A DNA stretch of 64,000 bases from Spirulina sp. (GCA_044070495.1 JBIPSI010000005.1:96001-160000); one strand, 5' to 3'. Positions 10,650 through 20,155 are shown, counted from the first letter of the stretch. Numbers and translations are program-made. The notes: generated by a model not told the origin, from the sequence alone.

Positions 10650-11855
10650 TTGCCCCGCTCCACCGCTTCGACCGATTCCCGTTTGGCTCTGCCCCATGTC
10701 TGCATCGTGGGCGGCGGGTTTGGCGGGTTATACTGCGCCTTGGCCCTCCAGCGCTACCAGCGGCAATCTGCTTCCACCTTTCGGATCACCCTGGTAGAGC
10801 CAAGGGATCGCTTTTTGTTTACGCCGTTGCTCTACGAGGTGTTGACCGACGAACTAAAACCCTGGGAGATTGCCCCCAGCTATCGGGAATTGCTTCGCCC
10901 CTATGCCATCGACCATCGCCAAGACTGGGTGGAAGCGATGGATATCCAACAGCAGCAGGTCAGGCTGCGGCAGGGAGAGGTGTTGTCCTACGACTATCTT
11001 GTGGTTGCCACAGGCAGTCGTTTGCGCCCACCCGCCACGCCTGGAAGCCACCATGCTATTCCGTTTACTACCCTAGAGGATGTCTGGACGCTAGAAAAAC
11101 GGCTGGCGCAGATCGAACCTGCGGCCACGGTAGCGAAGCCAATGCATGTGGTCGTCACCGGGGCGGGGCCAAGCGGGGTAGAACTGGCCTGCAAGTTGGC
11201 GGATCGACTGGGGCCACGCGGTCGTATCACGCTGCTAGACCGACGGGCCGTGATTCTGCGATCCCATCCCCTGGCCATTCAGCAGGCCGCCACCAAGGCC
11301 TTGGTAAAGCGTAGGGTTGCAATATTTACGGATGTAGCCATCGAGGCCGTACAGGCGGATCAGGTCATTTATCAACACGCCGACACAATTTATCATTGTC
11401 CTGCCGATCTTGTGATTTGGACCGTGGGTACCATTCCCCAGCCCTGGCTAGGGAGCGATATTCCCAAGCAATCGCCCTTGGCCCAGTGCCTTGTGCAGCC
11501 CACCCTACAACTGCCAGACTACGGCAATGTCTTTGTGCTAGGAGACATCGCCGAAATGCCCGCCCCAGGCCGTAGCCGTGCCCCCATGACGGCCCAGGCC
11601 GCCTTCCAGGCCGCCCCGATTGTGGCCCATAACCTCTGGGCTAGTGTCCATCATCGTCCCCTCCGCCCCTTCCACTATCATCACCTGGGAGATATGCTCA
11701 CCCTGGGTAAGGGGGAAGCCGTGGTCTATGGCTTCGGCCTCTGCCTCACCGGACGATTAGGGTCTGTGGCCCGTCGCTGGGGCTACTGGATGCGGCTACC
11801 CACCCTCCAACATCGCTGGCGAGTGCTAAGACACTGGCTGAGAATAGGTCAATAG
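10650..11855 (+). CDS. ndbB: Type II NAD(P)H dehydrogenase-like FAD oxidoreductase (NdbB/NDC1 family)
   Basis: GGGFGGLY, FLFTPLLYE, WEIAP, GAGPSGVELACKLADRLG, TAQAAFQ; may be a paralog rather than the ortholog. Confidence 0.7.
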   Translation: MPRSTASTDSRLALPHVCIVGGGFGGLYCALALQRYQRQSASTFRITLVEPRDRFLFTPLLYEVLTDELKPWEIAPSYRELLRPYAIDHRQDWVEAMDIQQQQVRLRQGEVLSYDYLVVATGSRLRPPATPGSHHAIPFTTLEDVWTLEKRLAQIEPAATVAKPMHVVVTGAGPSGVELACKLADRLGPRGRITLLDRRAVILRSHPLAIQQAATKALVKRRVAIFTDVAIEAVQADQVIYQHADTIYHCPADLVIWTVGTIPQPWLGSDIPKQSPLAQCLVQPTLQLPDYGNVFVLGDIAEMPAPGRSRAPMTAQAAFQAAPIVAHNLWASVHHRPLRPFHYHHLGDMLTLGKGEAVVYGFGLCLTGRLGSVARRWGYWMRLPTLQHRWRVLRHWLRIGQ

Positions 11856-11945
11856 CCAAGGGTGCCAATTCAAGGAATAGCGCCCGTTTAGAGGCGCTGA
11901 TTGGAAATAGGGATAAAGGCAGATCAGGACTCTAAACGACCTGGT

Positions 11946-12065
11946 TGACTGACAAAACTTGCTAGAACCCATAGCAGTCAAAGGGTCAGGAGACCTGACC
12001 CCTACATGAACCCCATACTGTAGGGGCGCGGTTTTCGCGCCCGATGCAGAATCTTTTGTCAGTCA
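11946..12065. mobile_element. MITE/REPIN-like element containing two back-to-back GTAG REPs
   Basis: 12-bp TIR TGACTGACAAAA / TTTTGTCAGTCA enclosing GGGTCAGGAGACCTGACCCCTAC and GTAGGGGCGCGGTTTTCGCGCCC. Confidence 0.65.
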
Positions 12066-12181
12066 GCTCGCTAAAGGACTGAGCATTTGTGCTGACTATC
12101 TACCCGAAAAAGTTGGGTGGTTATGGATAGGCTCACTCTGCTAAAAGGCCCAGCCTTTAAATAGAGTCATGACTTAAAACA

Positions 12182-12266
12182 ACTGAGTATTTATGCAGAT
12201 TGATCAGCTATAAAGACTGAGTATTTATGCAGATTGGCCACTTATAAAGACTGAGTATTTATGCAG
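12182..12266 (+). repeat. Three direct repeats of ACTGAGTATTTATGCAG at 34-bp period
   Basis: Exact 17-mers at 12182, 12216 and 12250; degenerate copy near 12078. Confidence 0.9.
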
Positions 12267-12551
12267 TGTCGTGGGAGAAGCTGTAGATCTGAGAGCAAAA
12301 AATCATAAAGTTTACACAACTTCAATAAATCTTTCGTTGGCGATAGAAATTTCATGCTTCCTCCCTTAATGCCGCTATTTTAAGGGCTTGAACTGGAGTT
12401 TGATGAAGGGTAAACCGCTTAATCGTCTTGCCTCGACACATTCCCTCAAATTACTTAATAAAAATCCCATGAAGGAGATGATAGGATTCTCGTAACTAAG
12501 CCATAAGCTTTTCTTCATTATTGCTAGTCGTTGTTTCTGGAGCGTGTAGCT

Positions 12552-12737
12552 ATGTCTGACACTTCTTCTGTTGGTATTAAGCCTGAAACCCGCAACCACA
12601 AAGGCTTCTTTGTGCAGGATGGGGACTATAACCTAGTGAGCATCGACGCCTCTGGATGGGCCTTGATCTGTGTTGATGATGCTGTCTGCCACTATGTTGA
12701 TCCCGACAACCTGTTGATTTCCCAGGAGCAGGACTAG
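12552..12737 (+). CDS. Small hypothetical protein (61 aa)
   Basis: MSDTSSVGIKPETRNHKGFFVQDGDYNLVSIDASGWALICVDDAVCHYVDPDNLL...; GGAG upstream; protein-like composition. Confidence 0.65.
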   Translation: MSDTSSVGIKPETRNHKGFFVQDGDYNLVSIDASGWALICVDDAVCHYVDPDNLLISQEQD

Positions 12738-12906
12738 ACTACCGTTAGTTACCGATACGATCTAGGTCGGCTAGACCCTGACTCTCTGAGAATAAATACC
12801 TAATTCAGAGAACTGTCCCGCCGGTTGTGATCCAAACGCTATCGCAATAGTCTTCGGGTTCTATTCCCCAGAGGCGATCGACTTTTGAAAAAGCTGTACA
12901 TGACTA

Positions 12907-12943
12907 GATTGGCTGGCTCCAGAGAGGGTCAGCCAATTTTTTT
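12907..12943 (+). terminator. Intrinsic terminator
   Basis: ATTGGCTGGC...GTCAGCCAAT hairpin followed by T run. Confidence 0.75.
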
Positions 12944-12999
12944 GGGGTTCTGCTTTTATACCCTGGAGATGCTTCGGTAGGCAGGGAGCTAGAAAAGCA

Positions 13000-13148
13000 T
13001 ATAGCGGATTTCACACGGGTGAAGTACATTGATGCGATCCCCCCTGCCCCCTTAAAAAGGGGGGTATAGCATGAAACTCAGACCACGAGGCCCTGGGGGG
13101 ATCTAGATCTCAGCAACGGTGTATCTCACTCTATTGAGAATCGCTATA
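13000..13148. mobile_element. MITE-like element with TATAGCG termini
   Basis: Imperfect ~29-bp TIR (TATAGCGG...GTACA / TGTATC...CGCTATA) with internal GATCCCCCCTGCCCCCTTAAAAAGGGGGG core. Confidence 0.65.
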
Positions 13149-13207
13149 GTTCCAATCAACCAAGGATTTCCACTAAACTAGGGACGCTGTACCTTGCCCA
13201 GATCGCC

Positions 13208-13465
13208 ATGAAGGATGTTATTTCGCGCACGATTAGCTGGATATTAGTCATCGATTTAGGGCTGGTGCTCATGGCCTTTGCCTGGTTTATGGCAGCGGTT
13301 CTAGGCCGCAGCATGAATCTCAAACTTGGTCTAGACCTGTGGTACTCCCTTTGGAATCCGCTGATTTTGCCCGCCATTAGTGTGTTGATGGCGGGGGCCA
13401 TTGCGAGCGGCGTGATGGGATGGCTGGGCCGCAAATTTGGCTCTGATACCTCGCTTCAAGATTAA
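13208..13465 (+). CDS. Small two-TM membrane protein, hypothetical
   Basis: 85 aa, two hydrophobic helices, LWYSLWNPLILPAI motif. Confidence 0.7.
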   Translation: MKDVISRTISWILVIDLGLVLMAFAWFMAAVLGRSMNLKLGLDLWYSLWNPLILPAISVLMAGAIASGVMGWLGRKFGSDTSLQD

Positions 13466-13538
13466 TCAGTCCATCAGATCCCAGGCGAATCGAAGGATTC
13501 TTGCCCGCTGTCTTAGCGCTACCAACTGACGTCGCTCA

Positions 13539-13669
13539 GAGGGCGTTTGAAAAGGATTGACTCAGGTGCGATTGGTCGCTAGATCGGTGTAAAACCACGT
13601 TTTTTTTGACGGTTGAGGCTGACCTTATCGGTATAACTTGGGACAAGCTTCGGCTTTTCAAACGTCCTC
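13539..13669. mobile_element. MITE with IS5 (IS1031-group)-like ends
   Basis: 16-bp TIR GAGGGCGTTTGAAAAG / CTTTTCAAACGTCCTC (1 mismatch) flanked by TCA direct repeats (13536-13538, 13670-13672). Confidence 0.8.
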
Positions 13670-13705
13670 TCAAGTGGTGCTGATGGGTCGTTTGAGGCCA
13701 AGACC

Positions 13706-14629
13706 CTAGGGACGAGGCGGTGGATCGTCATCGCCCCAGAGTTCCGTGGCGTCAACATCGATGGTGGGTGGGCGGGTGTCTTTCGGTTGGGGTGGGGTGG
13801 GCAGTCCGGCGGTGACATCGGAGACGGTTTCCCGTATTTGGTGGCGCAGGCGGCGGGTACGCTTTTTCACATCACCCAACCAATGCCCTAAGCGCTGCTG
13901 GGCTTCAGATTGGAGGCGATGGCCCTGTTCCTGCACCTGATCGGAAAACTGGGTGCGGGCCTGACGGGTTTTGTCTAGGGTAGCGTCCCAGGTTTGTTTG
14001 GGGTCGGGGATATGTTCAAAGACCTGATCCAGGGGCAGGGCTTCTAGGGGAGATCGAGGTGTTGCGGGGCGTGGAGAAACCGGCTCACCCAAACGTTCGG
14101 CTTGGGCAAGGGCCGCGTGGGACACCATCATGCGGCGACGGCCTAGGCTGATGACGGCCTCTGGGGAGAGGGCATAGCATCCGGGGACAAGGGCCGAAGC
14201 GGATTGGGTGCTGAAGTGGTATTGCAGGATGGCCCCACGGCTAGGGTCAAAGCGATAGTCGCTCAACGGGCCTAGACGATCACCGTGATCAGACCACACT
14301 TCAATATCGCTGAGGGCAATTCCCTCGGCCAGGGAGGCTTCTACATGGCTTTGGGCAATGTCCTCGCCAGCGGGTTCGCCAACCGGAGATGCCGAGGCCC
14401 GCAACACCAGTCCATCGTGGCCAATGGAAGTCACCTGATTCCACATGAACCGCTGGCTGCGGCGACCCAGGCCACCTCCGCAGCCGATCCCAATCACCCA
14501 ATGGCGACGCGGATCAACCCAAACCTCAGTGATGGGGCCTAGGGATTCTGCCGTATCGAGGTTGATGGGAACCAGGCGCAGCAGGTCGCCCTTAAGTAAT
14601 GTTGGGGGAAACGAGTTATCTGTCGTCAT
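13706..14629 (-). CDS. PRC-barrel domain protein
   Basis: Two PRC-like segments (INLDTAESLGPITEVWVD; VWSDHGDRLGPLSDYRFD) plus helical C-terminus. Confidence 0.75.
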   Translation of the reverse strand: MTTDNSFPPTLLKGDLLRLVPINLDTAESLGPITEVWVDPRRHWVIGIGCGGGLGRRSQRFMWNQVTSIGHDGLVLRASASPVGEPAGEDIAQSHVEASLAEGIALSDIEVWSDHGDRLGPLSDYRFDPSRGAILQYHFSTQSASALVPGCYALSPEAVISLGRRRMMVSHAALAQAERLGEPVSPRPATPRSPLEALPLDQVFEHIPDPKQTWDATLDKTRQARTQFSDQVQEQGHRLQSEAQQRLGHWLGDVKKRTRRLRHQIRETVSDVTAGLPTPPQPKDTRPPTIDVDATELWGDDDPPPRP

Positions 14630-14673
14630 CGTCTGGCCACCCTCCTCGTTTTTTACCAGGTATCGTATCGAGC

Positions 14674-14892
14674 CTAGGCCTTTTCTAGCTGAGCAACCCG
14701 CAGCCAGATGTTGGGCGTGGGCACATGGCCAAACTTCACGAGGGCGTATTCGTCGTTGATGTCCACAATTTCCCCCTGGGTTTCAAAGAGGTAGGAGGGG
14801 AGGCGAGCATCACTGGCTTTAATTTCTAGGCTGTTTTCTAGTTTGTCCCGTAGGGCTTTGACTAAATCACCGCGTTTGAGAGTTGCTGCCAT
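14674..14892 (-). CDS. ndhO: NDH-1 subunit O
   Basis: LKRGDLVK, LENSLE, ASDARLPSYLFETQGEI, VPTPNIWLR. Confidence 0.93.
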   Translation of the reverse strand: MAATLKRGDLVKALRDKLENSLEIKASDARLPSYLFETQGEIVDINDEYALVKFGHVPTPNIWLRVAQLEKA

Positions 14893-15066
14893 GGTTTGTC
14901 CTGGATGATTCTGCTGTGCGTTTTGAGTACATTACAGAAACGTACATGACCTGATTCTAAGGCTTTTTCAGGCCGATAGGCCGCCCTGCTTTGTGGGGGG
15001 ACAGAAAGCGGTAGGATCGGCTACAGCCTTGTTGCTGTCTCACTCCTGCCATTTATCCTTGCCGCC

Positions 15067-16422
15067 ATGACTGCCCGCATTCACCTCGCTGAGCCTAACC
15101 CCCATCAAACCCTCACCCTGGCATTTCCGGGAGAGGGCGTAGCGCTACGGGGGCGGGTGACGATTCCGGGCGACAAGTCCATATCCCACCGAGCGCTGAT
15201 GTTGGGAGCCATTGCCCAGGGCGAAACCCGTATCCAGGGTTTGCTGCTGGGGGAAGATCCGCGCAGTACCGCCGCCTGTTTTCGGGCGATGGGCGTCCAA
15301 ATGTCAGATCTGGAAGACGAGTGGGTAACGGTGCAGGGGGTGGGCCTGGGGAATTTGCAGGAACCCGCCGATGTGCTGGATGCAGGCAATTCTGGGACGA
15401 CCCTGCGGCTGATGCTGGGCCTGTTGGCCTCCCACCCCGACCGATTTTTTACGGTAACGGGGGACAGTTCCCTGCGGTCTCGGCCCATGGGCCGGGTGAT
15501 CGATCCCCTAGGGCAGATGGGAGCCCAGATTTGGGGCCGTCAGGGCAATCGTCAAGCGCCCTTGGCGGTGCGGGGAACAGCGCTCAAACCGATTCATTAC
15601 CAGTCCCCCGTGGCCTCGGCCCAGGTCAAATCCTGCCTGCTGCTGGCGGGGCTAATGACCGAAGGATCCACCACCGTCACCGAACCCAGCCTCTCCCGCG
15701 ACCACAGCGAACGCATGTTGCGCGCCTTTGGGGCCAACCTCAGCATCGACCCCGACACCTGTAGCGTCACCGTCCACGGCCCTGCTACGTTGACGGGCCA
15801 AACCATTGTGGTGCCCGGAGACATTAGCTCGGCAGCTTTTTGGCTGGTGGCTGGAGCCATCACCCCTGGTTCGGATCTGGTGGTGGAAAATGTGGGCATC
15901 AACCCCACCCGAACCGGGATTTTAGACGCCCTGAAAATGATGGAGGCAGACATCACCCTGGAAAACTCCCGCGAAGTCACCGGGGAACCCGTGGCGGATC
16001 TGCGGGTGCGCTATGGCCCCCTCAAGGCCGCCCATTTTGGTGGCGACCTGATTCCTCGGATGATCGACGAAATTCCTATTCTGGCCATTGCCGCCCTGTT
16101 TGCCGAGGGGACGACCGTGATCACCGATGCGGCGGAACTGCGGGTGAAGGAATGTGATCGCCTTGCCGCCATGGCCAGCCAGCTTACCGCCCTAGGGGCC
16201 AAGGTGGAGGAAGCCCCCGAAGGCCTGACCATCCACGGCCAGAGCACCCTCACCGGAGCCACCGTTGAAAGCTTCGGCGATCACCGGGTTGCCATGAGCT
16301 TGGCCATTGCTGCCCTCCGCACCCAGGGCGAAACCATCCTTCAGCGGGCCGACGCCGCAGCGGTGTCCTACCCCGGCTTCATCGAGACCCTGGCCAACCT
16401 CTGTGACCTGCCCCTAGACTAG
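15067..16422 (+). CDS. aroA: EPSP synthase
   Basis: [48 protein letters not shown]. Confidence 0.98.
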   Translation: MTARIHLAEPNPHQTLTLAFPGEGVALRGRVTIPGDKSISHRALMLGAIAQGETRIQGLLLGEDPRSTAACFRAMGVQMSDLEDEWVTVQGVGLGNLQEPADVLDAGNSGTTLRLMLGLLASHPDRFFTVTGDSSLRSRPMGRVIDPLGQMGAQIWGRQGNRQAPLAVRGTALKPIHYQSPVASAQVKSCLLLAGLMTEGSTTVTEPSLSRDHSERMLRAFGANLSIDPDTCSVTVHGPATLTGQTIVVPGDISSAAFWLVAGAITPGSDLVVENVGINPTRTGILDALKMMEADITLENSREVTGEPVADLRVRYGPLKAAHFGGDLIPRMIDEIPILAIAALFAEGTTVITDAAELRVKECDRLAAMASQLTALGAKVEEAPEGLTIHGQSTLTGATVESFGDHRVAMSLAIAALRTQGETILQRADAAAVSYPGFIETLANLCDLPLD

Positions 16423-16523
16423 GGTTGACCCCACCCGCCAGAATTGATGCCTAAACCATGATTTAGGATCTCGCTTTGGGAATACTTGGGGAAATGCTTT
16501 TCGGGCATTGTCTTCAAGTTACT

Positions 16524-16952
16524 ATGTGGCAACCGTTGAGAAACTTTGTAAGCAGCATCACCACCTATGGGCTGCTCAGTCCAGATCAGGCCATGCGAGA
16601 TCAAGTCAACCAATGGCTTGCTGCGCGCCCCTGCCTGACCTGTGAAGATTGGTTTCGCCGTCACTGGGCTAGCCCTTCTCTCGGTCTGTCAAAAGCGTTG
16701 GTCGAATTCCTCTATGATCGTTTGTCTGCCTACAGCGGCCTATCCGTGGGCCGTATTCATCCCAATGATCGCCTGTTGGAGGATCTCCATTTTCCGGCGG
16801 TCTGTTGGTTTGATTGGGGCCTCACCCTCTGCGAAGACTTTTATCACGCCTTTGGCATCGACGTTTTAGATCACTTTGATGAAACCCAACTGATCACCTG
16901 TACAGACCTGGTGACTTTCCTCCAGGGGTACCTCACCCCCCAGCCTCCCTAG
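16524..16952 (+). CDS. Hypothetical protein
   Basis: ORF from ATG 16524; C-terminal half has an ACP-like pattern. Confidence 0.65.
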   Translation: MWQPLRNFVSSITTYGLLSPDQAMRDQVNQWLAARPCLTCEDWFRRHWASPSLGLSKALVEFLYDRLSAYSGLSVGRIHPNDRLLEDLHFPAVCWFDWGLTLCEDFYHAFGIDVLDHFDETQLITCTDLVTFLQGYLTPQPP

Positions 16953-16995
16953 CATCCCCAAATCTTTGAGGCAATAACTTCCTGACGGCTCGGCC

Positions 16996-18864
16996 TTAAA
17001 AGACCAAATCTAGGCCGAGCTGGGCCAGATCGAGGCTGTAGATACGGCTTTGGTCGCCATCGAGTGTGCTCCACAAAAACTGAGTGGGGGATCGCTGCAC
17101 CATGGCGGTGGGGCAAGGCAGATTGGTGACTCGGTTGATGATTTGACCTTCTTCGTTCATTAACGACAGGTGGCCCTCGGTGTCTAGGAGGCCGTAGCCG
17201 ACCGCCGTTTCAAAAATCCATTGGGGATGAATATCCGCTCGATAGCGCACGATTCTTAGAGGTTTTAGATCAACCACCAGCAGGGATTGGGGCTGCCCAA
17301 CCTCCAGCGCCAGGTAGCGATAGGGTCGCTGGGTGGGCACCAGGTTGTGCAGCGATACGGGTAGCGGGATAGGCCCTAGGTAGTGCCCCCGCCGGGTAAC
17401 AAGGTGAACGATGGTTTTGTGGAGCTGCTGAACAACCAGACCAAGGTGATGGACATCGAGGACCAGCAGGGTGGTAATGTGGCCCTCGCCAATGGGAATC
17501 GAAACTCGACAGGCCGATGAAATTTTGATCGGGGACTGGTTGATCGAGGACTGGTTGATCGGGGACTGGGGCGAGCTTTTCAGGTGGCGAATGAGGAGGC
17601 TGGCGCTGGTAGCGTTGGTTTGCTGAACCGTGGCAAACCAACGCCCGTGGGGCGCGACGGCCACCTGAACCGGGCCACTCTCCTGGGCAATGCGGCCTAG
17701 GCCATGGGTCATGGAAAGGAGATGGAGGGAGGTGGAAGTGGCCAAAATGCCACCCTGGGGCAAGGGAAGAAACCGCTGTATGGATCCTGACAAGGTAAAG
17801 CCCTGGGTGGGGCCAGGGGCGGCTAGCAACCCCTGAGTTGGCCAATGGTAAAACCAGACGTGATCCTGGTGAGCGGCGATGAGTAGGCAGGGATGGTTCG
17901 GTAACGGGGCATCCGGTGCAGGCGGGGGATTGGTCATGGGTAAGGAAGTCAACCCCATGACGGTGATCGGGTGGGGCATGGCCACCCAGGAGAGGTGCGG
18001 TGCGGGCACGGGGTCGGGCCATACTTTGCCGCCGGGGGATATGGCTGCGAGTTTCCCGTCGCGACAGTCTTGGTAGATCTGACCAATGGCCTGGCGCATG
18101 GACTGGGCACTTTGAAAGCGCTTGGGAGCTAGCTTTTGCAACGATTTGACCACCACCGCCCGAATCGAGGCCGGTAGATCCTCCGGCACCTCAGGGGATT
18201 GGTTCATGTGGGCGACCATCAACTCCATGGGGGTGCCCGAAAAGGGCCGTTTCCCTAGCAGCATTTCGTAGAGAATGACGCCCACCGCATAGAGATCGGA
18301 GGTGAGGGGGTGCTGATTGTAAAAACGCTCTGGGGCCATGTAGGCGGGGGACCCCGAATGGCCCATGTCCGACTCGTTCACCTCCTGGCTGAGGCGGGCA
18401 ATGCCAAAATCGGAAATTCGCGCCACCCAGCCCCGAGGAGTAAGGGTAAGCAGAATATTTTCGGGTTTGATGTCGCAGTGGACGATGCCCTGCTGGTGGG
18501 CGTGGTCTAACCCCGCCAAAATATCCAGCACTAAGCCCAACATTTCCTCCCAAGACAAAATAATGTCGCTTTCTAGGATGGATCGCAGGGTGCCCCCTTC
18601 ACAGTAATCCATCACCAGGTAGCGCCCGTTGGCGGAATGTTCCAAGGCTTGGCAGGTGACAATGTTGGGATGCTCAAGGCTGAGCAAAAACCTCAGTTCC
18701 CGCAAAAACTTGTGGGTCGGGAACCGATCCCTATGCAGGTACTTGAGCGCTACCATCTCACCCGTTTTGCGATGGATGGCGCAGTACACCTGACCAAACT
18801 GCCCGTGGCCCACCAGGCCGAGCAGTCGATAGTGGGATCGTCGGATCGGTCGGGTAATCGCCAC
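16996..18864 (-). CDS. Hanks-type Ser/Thr kinase (SpkG-like) with beta-rich C-terminal domain
   Basis: GHGQFGQV, VALK, HCDIKPEN, DFG, YMAPE; probable GTG start at 18864 just after the V4R stop. Confidence 0.9.
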   Translation of the reverse strand: MAITRPIRRSHYRLLGLVGHGQFGQVYCAIHRKTGEMVALKYLHRDRFPTHKFLRELRFLLSLEHPNIVTCQALEHSANGRYLVMDYCEGGTLRSILESDIILSWEEMLGLVLDILAGLDHAHQQGIVHCDIKPENILLTLTPRGWVARISDFGIARLSQEVNESDMGHSGSPAYMAPERFYNQHPLTSDLYAVGVILYEMLLGKRPFSGTPMELMVAHMNQSPEVPEDLPASIRAVVVKSLQKLAPKRFQSAQSMRQAIGQIYQDCRDGKLAAISPGGKVWPDPVPAPHLSWVAMPHPITVMGLTSLPMTNPPPAPDAPLPNHPCLLIAAHQDHVWFYHWPTQGLLAAPGPTQGFTLSGSIQRFLPLPQGGILATSTSLHLLSMTHGLGRIAQESGPVQVAVAPHGRWFATVQQTNATSASLLIRHLKSSPQSPINQSSINQSPIKISSACRVSIPIGEGHITTLLVLDVHHLGLVVQQLHKTIVHLVTRRGHYLGPIPLPVSLHNLVPTQRPYRYLALEVGQPQSLLVVDLKPLRIVRYRADIHPQWIFETAVGYGLLDTEGHLSLMNEEGQIINRVTNLPCPTAMVQRSPTQFLWSTLDGDQSRIYSLDLAQLGLDLVF

Positions 18865-18871
18865 TAGGCTC

Positions 18872-19534
18872 TCATCCCTGCTGTACCAGGGTTTGCATAA
18901 CGCTCTGGTGGGATTGACCATTGGCCACAAGGGCCGCCGCTGGCTGCAATCGTTTTGCTAGCCCCAGCACAAAGCGGTTAGCATCATCGCCCCGCGTCGT
19001 GCAGCTCGTTTGCACACAAACCAGTTCGCGTCCGGTGAGTTGGCTAAAGAAAATCTCTAAAATCCCTCGCTCCAGATCGCCGGAGGGCGTTTGGCTGGCG
19101 GGGGCGGCGGCGGTAAAGGGCGAGTGGGCAATCTCTAGACCTAGAAATCCCTGATCGCGGTAGGTAATGTCTAGGTGAATCTGGCCCCAGCCGTGGGTTT
19201 TCCAGCACTGCTGAAGGGACTGTAAAAACTCCGCCATAGACAAATTAGCCAGGGGCTGACTGTAGTAATCGGCGAGTTCTTCGCAGAAACGGGCGTAGAA
19301 ATTCTTGCCCCACCAGCGGCCACAGTTATAGAGCACCAGCTTAGAGGCTTGGCCCGTTTCCTTTTCCAAGCCCGCATAGATGGCTTGCAGTAGAGGCTCT
19401 GGAATGGCCAGGAGCCTATCTCCACGGCGGTTTTCGAGCAGTCCTAGCTCGGTAGAGCCGCGCACATAGAGATCCTGGGCAAAGTAGTTACCCGGTAGAC
19501 GGCCATCAACAAGTAGATCGGCAACGGAGACCAT
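18872..19534 (-). CDS. V4R (4-vinyl reductase) domain protein, Slr0147-like
   Basis: GNYFAQD..GLLENRRGDRLLA, CGRWWG, THGWG, CVQTSC; start at ATG 19534. Confidence 0.85.
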   Translation of the reverse strand: MVSVADLLVDGRLPGNYFAQDLYVRGSTELGLLENRRGDRLLAIPEPLLQAIYAGLEKETGQASKLVLYNCGRWWGKNFYARFCEELADYYSQPLANLSMAEFLQSLQQCWKTHGWGQIHLDITYRDQGFLGLEIAHSPFTAAAPASQTPSGDLERGILEIFFSQLTGRELVCVQTSCTTRGDDANRFVLGLAKRLQPAAALVANGQSHQSVMQTLVQQG

Positions 19535-19633
19535 AGGATTGATTCCCTCACAGGTACGGTGGATGGGGGGCTGGGAACATTCAGACCAGCATGGCCCCAG
19601 GGTATACACGGGCAATGGATGGGCCTAAGGCCA

Positions 19634-20155
19634 CTAGAGCAGACCCGCCAGGGGATCGAGATCCATCGCCGCTGGAGCCGGAGCCGTCGCTGGGGGCAAG
19701 GAGCCTAGCATTAACTCCCGCGCCTTGGTCATCCCTGGCTTCAGGAGATTGATTTGGGCCGGGCTTAGCACCTTAGCCAGTTGTTGATCCAGCAGTTGAA
19801 ACAGTTGTTGATCGAGAGCTTGGGTTTCGTGGGCTTTGACCATCTCCGGCAGCCAGCCCTGCAAGCGCCCTTCCACAAAGGCGCTGTCGTCTAACAGCAT
19901 GGCCATGGCCACGTAGCGTAGCGCCATCAGGCCATGGCGCACGCTGCGCTCCACCTTAGCCTCCGGTTCTTGGGTGCGTTGTTGTAGGGCATCGGCAATG
20001 GGCTGCATGATGGCAATTTCCTGATCGCGCAGGATACGGTAAACCGCGATGCGCTCAGGAATTGAGCTAACGTACTGGCTCAGCAGCGTCAGATCGTTGG
20101 CATCAAGGTAGGGCTTTTCCGCGTTTTCAAACAGGCTGTCGAGTTTGAACGTCAT
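19634..20155 (-). CDS. Globin-fold / phycobiliprotein-like protein, Slr0146-like
   Basis: AEKPYL..DL..L..YV and LRYVAMAMLLDD pattern of apo-phycobiliprotein-like proteins. Confidence 0.75.
   Translation of the reverse strand: MTFKLDSLFENAEKPYLDANDLTLLSQYVSSIPERIAVYRILRDQEIAIMQPIADALQQRTQEPEAKVERSVRHGLMALRYVAMAMLLDDSAFVEGRLQGWLPEMVKAHETQALDQQLFQLLDQQLAKVLSPAQINLLKPGMTKARELMLGSLPPATAPAPAAMDLDPLAGLL

Noticed and set aside
12183..12198. LexA/SOS box (CTG-N10-CAG)
   Set aside because: It matches only the outer bases of the E. coli-type box; cyanobacterial LexA recognises a different motif.
12182..12266. CRISPR array
   Set aside because: Only three 17-bp repeats; the 17-bp spacers resemble each other (ATTG...TATAAAG), and there are no cas genes. 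It is a tandem duplication.
17270..18022. 250-aa alternative-frame ORF inside the kinase gene
   Set aside because: Pro/Arg-rich off-frame product of GC-rich coding DNA.
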